Shown here: piece after piece, positions 25,790 through 32,000 of the stretch
How positions within the stretch are numbered: the first letter of the stretch is position 1
How the letters are laid out: each line of letters opens with the position of its first letter
Made by a program: the position numbers and the translations under genes
The notes under the pieces: model-generated
The model's input: only the letters and a program-made list of their open reading frames with translations
Database searches by the model: none
What the model was told of the DNA's origin: nothing
Source: an archaeon
GTDB lineage: Archaea; Iainarchaeota; Iainarchaeia; Iainarchaeales; JANQMZ01
NCBI GenBank assembly: GCA_028279805.1
Contig: JANQMZ010000007.1
Location: forward strand, 390,001 to 422,000
DNA: 32,000 bases
Direction: 5' to 3'

Positions 25790-26898
25790 TTTTTCACCTG
25801 AGAATAAACTTGCAAATATTTTTTGGACACGTTTTGCCAGGACATTTTTTCAGCAAGCTTTCTTGAATTATTTGAATGTCTTTGCAACAAAGCAGAATTT
25901 TCAATGTATTTTAAAAGAGCTTTTTCAATTTGCTTTGAATTCTGCTTTTCAACAATAAAGCCGTTATTATGAATTAATTCTGCCGCACCGGTTTTTGTTG
26001 TAATTACTGGCAAGCCGGAAGCTAATGCTTCCTGTGTAACATTAGCCAAAGCTTCTTCAATTGAAGGCAGGACAAAAACGCTTGATTGTGAATAAATTTT
26101 ATGAATATTTTTATGTTCAACCATTCCGGTAAAGTTAACATTTTTTGAAATGTTGTTTTGTTTGCAAAATTTTTTTAATTCAGATTCCTGCGGGCCTGAA
26201 CCAACAATTGTTAGTTTAATATTTGAATGTTTTTGTAAAACATTTTTGAATGCTTCAAGTAAAAAAATTAATCCTTTTCTTTCAATTAATCTCCCGACAA
26301 ATAAAACATTAAAATCTTTTTTCCTGCCCGGAGTAAATTCTTTTGAATCAATTCCGTTGTAAATTACTTCAATTTTTTTGTTTGAAGTATTGCGGGCTAA
26401 TTTTTTTAAGTCATTGCTGACAGCAGTAACTGTTTTTGCATTATTCCAGACTATTTTTGATAAAGGTTTGAACAAAATTTTGTCCAAAAATTTTAATCTT
26501 GGATTGTAGCCTGGAACATCTGAACCTCGCAATGCTACAATGTAAGGAACTTGTTTTCTCAGTAAAAAACCGATAATGCCTGAAGGCCAGCCGAACCAGC
26601 AATGGCACAAATCATATTCTTTTTCTTTAACCAGTTTTTTAGCCAAAAAGAAGGCTTTTAGAGTGTATTTTGCTATTTCAAGTATTTTCCAGTAATGAAA
26701 TTGTTTTTTGCCAACATCCAACTTATACATAATAATGTTGTTTGAAAATTTTTCCTGCTTAAATTTGTCAGGGCTTGAAGTAATCAAATCAATCTGCAAG
26801 TTTTTTGATTTTGCAAATTCTTTCAATAAGTAAAAATTTGCGTTGGCAGCGCCCCCCCCTACGGGGGGAAACTCATAGTTGAGCATTAAAATTTTCAT
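25786..26898 (-). CDS. GT4-family glycosyltransferase
   Basis: LNYEFPPVGGGAANANF, VLFVGRLIERKGLIFLLEAF, VFVLPSIEEALANVTQEALASGLPVITTKTG. Confidence 0.93.
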   Translation of the reverse strand: MKILMLNYEFPPVGGGAANANFYLLKEFAKSKNLQIDLITSSPDKFKQEKFSNNIIMYKLDVGKKQFHYWKILEIAKYTLKAFFLAKKLVKEKEYDLCHCWFGWPSGIIGFLLRKQVPYIVALRGSDVPGYNPRLKFLDKILFKPLSKIVWNNAKTVTAVSNDLKKLARNTSNKKIEVIYNGIDSKEFTPGRKKDFNVLFVGRLIERKGLIFLLEAFKNVLQKHSNIKLTIVGSGPQESELKKFCKQNNISKNVNFTGMVEHKNIHKIYSQSSVFVLPSIEEALANVTQEALASGLPVITTKTGAAELIHNNGFIVEKQNSKQIEKALLKYIENSALLQRHSNNSRKLAEKMSWQNVSKKYLQVYSQVKK

Positions 26899-26906
26899 AA
26901 AAGCAA

Positions 26907-27854
26907 CTATAAAATTTTTTCAATCGAATAAGGTTTTTGTTTTTTTGTTTGAAAATAATTTTTAATAATAATATCAGCCAAAAAACCAAAAATTATGAAT
27001 TGTATTCCGATTATAACCATTAAAATTGCCAAAAACAAAATTGGCCTGTTAGCCAAACCAATTCCTAAAAAAATTCTTTGATAAGACAAATATAATCCGA
27101 GCAATGTTCCAAGAATTAGTACAGGCAATCCTATTCCTCCAAACAAATGCAAGGGCCTTGTTGCATATTGTGACCAGAATTTAATATTTAGCAAGTCAAG
27201 AAAGCCTTTGTATAATCTTAAAAGGCCATATTTTGTTTTTCCAAATTTTCTCGGCCTGTGATTGACTTTTGTTTCTCCGACTTTGAATCCTTTCCAGGCA
27301 ACCAATGCAGGAATAAATCTGTGAATTTCTCCGAATAATTCAGCGTCTTCCAGTGTTTCTCTCCGGTAAGCTTTCAGGGAACAGCCTGAATCATGGATTT
27401 GCAAGCCTGTCAAACGTTTATGAAGCCAGTTGGATAATAATGATGGTAATTTTTTTGTTGTGGGATCTTTTCTGTCAGCCCTCCAGCCGCTTACAACATC
27501 AAACCCTTTACTCATTTTGCTTAAAAGTTTTGGAATGTCTTTTGGATCGTTTTGCAAGTCACCATCCATTGTAATAATTGTTTTTCCTTTTGAATTGTCA
27601 AAACCTGCTTTCATTGCAGCTGTTTGTCCAAAATTTTTTCTGAATTTAATTATTTTAACAATAGAATTTTGTTTTTTTAATTTTAATAATTCATTAAAAG
27701 TGTTATCGGTTGAACCGTCGTCAACAAAAATTATTTCACTTTTTATTTTTAAGTTTTTTAATGTTTGATTTAATTCTTTGAATAAAATTGAAACATTTTC
27801 CTGTTCGTTGTAAAAAGGAACAACAATTGATAAATCCATTTTGAATCCCTGCAA
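26907..27854 (-). CDS. GT2 polyprenyl-phosphate hexose synthase (DPM1/GtrB-like)
   Basis: LSIVVPFYNEQENV, IFVDDGSTDNT, TMDGDLQNDPKDIPKL, KFGKTKYGLLRLYKGFLDLL and two C-terminal TM helices. Confidence 0.93.
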   Translation of the reverse strand: MQGFKMDLSIVVPFYNEQENVSILFKELNQTLKNLKIKSEIIFVDDGSTDNTFNELLKLKKQNSIVKIIKFRKNFGQTAAMKAGFDNSKGKTIITMDGDLQNDPKDIPKLLSKMSKGFDVVSGWRADRKDPTTKKLPSLLSNWLHKRLTGLQIHDSGCSLKAYRRETLEDAELFGEIHRFIPALVAWKGFKVGETKVNHRPRKFGKTKYGLLRLYKGFLDLLNIKFWSQYATRPLHLFGGIGLPVLILGTLLGLYLSYQRIFLGIGLANRPILFLAILMVIIGIQFIIFGFLADIIIKNYFQTKKQKPYSIEKIL

Positions 27855-27912
27855 AAAAGAATATATAAAATTCCCTGATAAAAGTATATAAAAAACACTT
27901 GGATGAAAAAAA

Positions 27913-28248
27913 ATGCTTGAAAAATATTCAAAGGAAATAACGCAGTTTTTTGCATTGTTTCTGGTGATATCAGCGGGAATAATTGTTTATTTGTGGAACC
28001 AGCCTTTATTGTTTCCCGGTTTAATTGAAAGATTATTGGTTTTATTGTTTTTTTCAGGGGTTTTGGCTTTGCTGGTTAATTTGAAAAAAACCAATGTAAA
28101 AAAATTAACAGAAAAACTGTTTAAAGCCAGTTTTTTGGGTTTTTTCATTGTTTTAATTGCCGGATTATTCTGGTTTATCGGCTTGGAAATTTTGTTATTT
28201 TTGGCTGCAATTGTTGCTTTTTTTGGAATTGTTTCAAGGCTTTTTTAG
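27913..28248 (+). CDS. Small hypothetical membrane protein, about 4 TM
   Basis: 111 aa, hydrophobic segments. A TATA-like GTATATAAAA lies just upstream. Confidence 0.7.
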   Translation: MLEKYSKEITQFFALFLVISAGIIVYLWNQPLLFPGLIERLLVLLFFSGVLALLVNLKKTNVKKLTEKLFKASFLGFFIVLIAGLFWFIGLEILLFLAAIVAFFGIVSRLF

Positions 28249-28324
28249 TGTTTTAAACGTCAAGGAACAGTATTTAAAATGTACGCCAAAAAAATTAATT
28301 ATACTCAATAAGGCAGTGAAAATA

Positions 28325-29200
28325 ATGGATAGGGGCGTTCCTAAAAAGTTTTTGCCGGCGGCAGCTGTTTCGCTGGTTATACTTGTTTTGGTCATTTCAG
28401 GACCGGCTTTTGCTTTTACAATTGTTGACTGGTCTGCTGACCCGGGAACGACAACACGAAATAATGAAATAGAAATACTTGTAAGAATTTCACAGGAAGT
28501 TGATGAAGTTCTTGACACTATTCAGCTTGAAATAACTGATCCGAATGGTGACAAATTTTTTGCAACTCTTGATAGCTGTGAGTCTGTTGGATTCAGTGAT
28601 GACGGTTCAGGAAATGTTACAGGACCGGGATATGGTTATGGTTATCTGGGTTACGGTTCTGCTTTTGGTTACGGTTATGGGTATGGATATGGTTATGGTT
28701 CAAGTTTTGGAACCAATGACCCGATGATTTGTAAATTTACTTATTTTGCAACAACTCTTGGAGACCATGACGGAGAATTGTTTATCAACGGAGTTCCATT
28801 CGGAACAGAGGAAGATTTGTTTGAAATAATTCCAGCCACACAAAATGGTTCCTCAGACAATCCACCTGCAGGCACAAGCCGCGGAGACCAAGGTGGTGGA
28901 GGCGGAGGTGGCGGAACACCGCCTGGAACAGATTCTGATGGAGGAGAAGAAGGTGCAGGAGGCGCACCTGAAATTGAACCGGAAGAACAGGAAGTAACAC
29001 CTGAAGCAATAGCAGGAACAGGAGGACCAACTGGATTTTTCGGATTGGGAGACCTTGACTTGGGAGAATTAATGGATTCATTAACCGGATTAATTAATTT
29101 AGGCGGACTGGATTTGAGTTCAAGCGGACTGCCATGGTTCTTTTTAATACTTTTAATTCTGGGACTATTGTACAGGTATTATACTACAAGAGGAAACTAG
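28325..29200 (+). CDS. Secreted or surface-anchored low-complexity protein with GYG-repeat, poly-Gly linker and C-terminal TM anchor
   Basis: Signal-like FLPAAAVSLVILVLVISGPAFAF; YGYGYLGYGSAFGYGYGYGYGYGSSFG; GGGGGGGG; LPWFFLILLILGLLYRYYTTRGN. Confidence 0.8.
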   Translation: MDRGVPKKFLPAAAVSLVILVLVISGPAFAFTIVDWSADPGTTTRNNEIEILVRISQEVDEVLDTIQLEITDPNGDKFFATLDSCESVGFSDDGSGNVTGPGYGYGYLGYGSAFGYGYGYGYGYGSSFGTNDPMICKFTYFATTLGDHDGELFINGVPFGTEEDLFEIIPATQNGSSDNPPAGTSRGDQGGGGGGGGTPPGTDSDGGEEGAGGAPEIEPEEQEVTPEAIAGTGGPTGFFGLGDLDLGELMDSLTGLINLGGLDLSSSGLPWFFLILLILGLLYRYYTTRGN

Positions 29201-29222
29201 TTATTTTTTAACTTTAAAATTT

Positions 29223-29564
29223 ATGATTAAAATGAAACAATTGTTAATTGGATTAATTTTTTTGCCACTGATTTTAAGTGGCTGTACTCAAATTCAGTCA
29301 GGCCCCGGATTAGAAAAGTGCGGAATAGAACAATGCCACGGTTTTGATGTTACATGCGGTTCAGACATTCCGGAAGCTTGCACTCAGGAATTCAGATTGG
29401 AGGATACGTGCAGGCAATTTGTTTCATGTGAAACAATTCAGGGGCAATGCACTTTAATTGAAGATGAAAAATTTGAAACTTGTAAAAATTGTGTAGAACA
29501 ATGCAAAACTGATTCAGTTGATGCTTTTTCCTGTGTTAACGAATGTTTAAATAATAACAATTAA
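29223..29564 (+). CDS. Cysteine-rich putative lipoprotein
   Basis: MKQLLIGLIFLPLILSGC lipobox-like signal followed by 12 further Cys in about 95 aa. Confidence 0.78.
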   Translation: MIKMKQLLIGLIFLPLILSGCTQIQSGPGLEKCGIEQCHGFDVTCGSDIPEACTQEFRLEDTCRQFVSCETIQGQCTLIEDEKFETCKNCVEQCKTDSVDAFSCVNECLNNNN

Positions 29565-29588
29565 ATATTTGAAAATTAATTCTTTTTC

Positions 29589-29987
29589 ATGGGCATAAAA
29601 AAGAAACAAAACCCACAAAAAAGACGATTAAACGTTCAGCCTGAAACGAGGCCTAATGATTTTATTATTGTAAGAGATTCGCAAGGAAAAGAGATTTATA
29701 AGGGAAGCGAAAAAAGAGATAATAGGAAAAAAACAGTTGAAAACCTTTCTAGAAAAGTTGATTTTGAAAGCCTTAAAGGCGGAGTTCAAGAACATTTGAA
29801 CATAATTAGAAAATATATTCGGGACATGTACTCCGAAGGAGGCGATGTGAGTCATCTTCCTCACGCAAAATTAACCGAAATTCAAGAAGGAATTTTAGGC
29901 AGGCAGTTAACAGAAGAAAAATTATACGAATATTTTGTTTTTTTAGAAGAACTAAGAGAAGAAGAAAAAATAGCCGATGGAAGATAA
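29589..29987 (+). CDS. Hypothetical charged cytoplasmic protein, 132 aa
   Basis: Intact ORF with ATG shortly after the upstream gene; no TM; NFIIV-like N-terminal motif then helical C-terminal half. Confidence 0.65.
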   Translation: MGIKKKQNPQKRRLNVQPETRPNDFIIVRDSQGKEIYKGSEKRDNRKKTVENLSRKVDFESLKGGVQEHLNIIRKYIRDMYSEGGDVSHLPHAKLTEIQEGILGRQLTEEKLYEYFVFLEELREEEKIADGR

Positions 29988-29989
29988 CT

Positions 29990-30286
29990 TTAAATTTTTT
30001 TAATATTAGTTGGAACTTTAACCTTGTTTAATCTTCTTGTAATTTTGCTCCAGCCGGCTAAAACAAAATAACCAACAACTGTAACAATCAATGCAACTGT
30101 TATGTCAACAAACAAAGGAGATTCAGAAAAAGCCAATGTGACATATTTGTCAATAAAAGTTCGGAAAGCCTGAGCCCAGAAAATTGCAATAGCAACAATA
30201 ATTCCAAACCTTAAATTTTGAGGAACATTTTTTCCAATATCCGAAACAGGTTTTTTGTAATGCTTAATAATTTTCTTTTCAGGCAT
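29990..30286 (-). CDS. Small membrane protein, possibly DUF5654-like
   Basis: NLRFGIIVAIAIFWAQAFRTFID...DITVALIVTVVGYFVLAGWSKI; two TM helices. Confidence 0.7.
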   Translation of the reverse strand: MPEKKIIKHYKKPVSDIGKNVPQNLRFGIIVAIAIFWAQAFRTFIDKYVTLAFSESPLFVDITVALIVTVVGYFVLAGWSKITRRLNKVKVPTNIKKI

Positions 30287-30318
30287 TTAAAAAAAAAGTG
30301 TTTTTTACTATTTAATGA

Positions 30319-30633
30319 TTACATTACACCCAAAAAAGTTCTGGTAAAATGTCTTTTTGACACTTTAAAAGCCTGTTTTCCTTCACCGGTTAAACTGTAA
30401 ACAATTGTTTTACCTTGTTTTTTTTCTTTAATAAAACCGGAATTTTTAAGGCTTTTTAAGGCCGGATAAATTGTTCCCGGGCTCGGCCTGGAACCTTTTC
30501 TTTTTTCCAGTTCATCAGCAAGTTCCTGGCCATGCATAGATTTTTTTGACAATAAAAATAAAATCAAAAATGACAGCATTCCGCGCATATCACAGCAATT
30601 ATGATATTTGTGATAATGACCCTTCATACACAT
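30319..30633 (-). CDS. PadR-family regulator with a Cys/His-rich N-terminal tail
   Basis: MCMKGHYHKYHNCCDMRGMLSFLILFLLSKKSMHGQELADELEKRKGSRPSPGTIYPALKSLKNSGFI. Confidence 0.92.
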   Translation of the reverse strand: MCMKGHYHKYHNCCDMRGMLSFLILFLLSKKSMHGQELADELEKRKGSRPSPGTIYPALKSLKNSGFIKEKKQGKTIVYSLTGEGKQAFKVSKRHFTRTFLGVM

Positions 30634-30667
30634 ATTGGATGTCCGATAGGTTTAAAAACAAAAAGGT

Positions 30668-30689
30668 TTATATCGTATATACGATATAA
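30668..30689. promoter_or_regulatory. Perfect 22-bp palindrome, likely PadR operator
   Basis: TTATATCGTATATACGATATAA is self-complementary throughout, between divergent padR and the 30705 small gene, with an SD-like GGAGG at 30691-30695 just downstream. Confidence 0.8.
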
Positions 30690-30704
30690 CGGAGGTTGAT
30701 AAAA

Positions 30705-30872
30705 ATGGGTTATGGTAATTGCTCATGTCATGGTTATAGTTATCGTGGAAGTGGCAGAAGTTTTTTAACAAAAGAAGAAAAAATTGAAATGTTAAAAGAC
30801 TATCAAGATTCTTTGGAAAAAGAAGCTAAAGGCATTTCTGAAAGAATTGCTGAACTGGAAAAGAATAATTAA
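30705..30872 (+). CDS. Unannotated 55-aa Cys/His small protein with coiled-coil C-terminus
   Basis: MGYGNCSCHGYSYRGSGRSFLTKEEKIEMLKDYQDSLEKEAKGISERIAELEKNN; GGAGG located 9 nt before ATG. Absent from the supplied ORF track. Confidence 0.8.
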   Translation: MGYGNCSCHGYSYRGSGRSFLTKEEKIEMLKDYQDSLEKEAKGISERIAELEKNN

Positions 30873-30951
30873 TTCTTTTCCTTTTTTTCACTTTTTTGTT
30901 AATCAAAAACTATTTAAATGAAAAAATCATAATCAAGCTGAGGTGAAATGA

Positions 30952-31374
30952 ATGCTTGAAACACAGGTTAGCTTGATAGGCGTGGTTGTAGCAGCAGTTG
31001 CAAGTATGATTGCAGGCTTTTTGTGGTACTCTCCTGCTTTGTTCGGAAAAAAATGGGCAAGTCTGAAAGGGTTTAAAATGAAAACCAAGGAAGACATGAA
31101 AAAAATGCAGGAAAAAGCAAAACCGGCATACATTGGTTCATTTGCAGCAGCACTGGTTACAGCATGGATTTTATCACAGTTTTTGATTTTAACACAGGCA
31201 ACAACATTAATGGCTGCAGCAACAACAGCTTTCTGGATTTGGTTTGGTTTTATTGCAACAACAATGTTTGCAATGCACTTGTTCAGCGAACAGTCAAAAG
31301 AACTTTACCTGATTGATGTCGGACACCAGCTTGTATCACTTATTGTAATGGCAGAAGTTCTGGTTTTATTATAA
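30952..31374 (+). CDS. DUF1761-like membrane protein
   Basis: IAGFLWYSPALFGKKWASLKGF and four hydrophobic segments including FWIWFGFIATTMFAMHLF. Confidence 0.8.
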   Translation: MLETQVSLIGVVVAAVASMIAGFLWYSPALFGKKWASLKGFKMKTKEDMKKMQEKAKPAYIGSFAAALVTAWILSQFLILTQATTLMAAATTAFWIWFGFIATTMFAMHLFSEQSKELYLIDVGHQLVSLIVMAEVLVLL

Positions 31375-31439
31375 AAACCAGGATTTTTTCTTTTTTTTAT
31401 AACGAAACAAATTTATACGGGTAAATGTAAATACTTGAT

Positions 31440-32000
31440 ATGCAAAAAAGACCATACCTTGTTTCTCTGGCAATAATTCTGATTTTGGCATGGTATTATT
31501 TTATTTTCCGCGCATTCCCAATAACATTAGGATTTGTTAATGCAGTTGTTGCTTTTGCTTCAACTTTTATTATCAGCTTGTCTTTTTTGTTCGGGCCACT
31601 GGCAAAATTTGTAAAATTTTTCGGCAAATATTTGCATGACAGAAAAGATTATGGATTGATTGGATTTGGTTTGGCTGCACTGCATACTTTTTTAGCAGTT
31701 CCAAACATGTTAAGCAATAATAAGGAAATTTTGTTGGCTGATGCCGGTTCACTGGCTTTTGCCGCCATTGCATTTGCAATTTTTATTTTAATGGCTTTAA
31801 CATCCACAAATGAATGGATGCAAAGCCTTGGTTATAATAACTGGAAAAATTTGCAGAGAACAGGTTATCTGGCTTTTTTGTTTGTGGCATTTCACATTGT
31901 TTTGCTGGAAAGTGGCATATTTTTGACAAGAACAATTGGCATGATAGCATTAAGCGTTATTTTGGGAATAATTTTGTTAAGAATTATTGCTTCCATTTTT
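31440..32000 (+). CDS. Ferric-reductase-like / MsrQ-like TM protein, 3'-truncated by the window edge
   Basis: Open frame from ATG 31440 to the edge: MQKRPYLVSLAIILILAWYYFIFRAF...HDRKDYGLIGFGLAALHTFL...NLQRTGYLAFLFVAFHIVLLESGI. Confidence 0.7.
   Translation, partial: MQKRPYLVSLAIILILAWYYFIFRAFPITLGFVNAVVAFASTFIISLSFLFGPLAKFVKFFGKYLHDRKDYGLIGFGLAALHTFLAVPNMLSNNKEILLADAGSLAFAAIAFAIFILMALTSTNEWMQSLGYNNWKNLQRTGYLAFLFVAFHIVLLESGIFLTRTIGMIALSVILGIILLRIIASIF

Noticed and set aside
26851-26870. GC-rich inverted repeat CCCCCC-ctacg-GGGGGG
   Set aside because: It encodes the conserved N-terminal FPPVGGG of the GT4 enzyme, so coding constraint explains it.
1-32000. CRISPR arrays, rRNA genes, inteins, IS elements, defence islands
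   Set aside because: No regularly spaced direct repeats, rRNA sequence, transposase motifs or interrupted polymerase motifs were seen on either strand.

Overview
This 32 kb window is archaeal, probably DPANN-like (inference). Supporting signals are TATA-box promoters, a family B DNA polymerase with a PIP-like C-terminus, a tRNA-Tyr with a bulge-helix-bulge intron and C1:G72, and compact low-GC gene packing. The left 14 kb holds PolB (partial), type II methionine aminopeptidase, TrkH/TrkA, a cation/proton antiporter, HisRS, an RpiA-like protein, a LAGLIDADG homing endonuclease, a MazG-like protein, PAP2 and HAD phosphatases, and a GT2 enzyme. Seven plus-strand tRNA genes are interspersed among them: Arg-GCG, His-GTG, Thr-GGT, Met-CAT, Glu-CTC, Thr-TGT and intron-containing Tyr-GTA. 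The right half has an SDR/TetR/LtrA block, a permuted-papain-like protein, a surface-glycosylation or envelope cluster, two unusual secreted or surface proteins, and a PadR regulator divergent from an unannotated 55-aa Cys/His protein across a perfect 22-bp palindrome. The two strongest non-coding finds are: (1) an unannotated box C/D sRNA gene (8940-9015, minus strand) whose two 12-nt guides both match the adjacent tRNA-Met, with the D guide placing C34 exactly at the +5 methylation position; and (2) a modular family of tandem perfect hairpins found only next to or inside tRNA transcription units (upstream of tRNA-Arg, upstream of tRNA-Thr, and inside the tRNA-Tyr intron), with shared modules and base-pair covariation. 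No CRISPR array or recognisable defence island is present.
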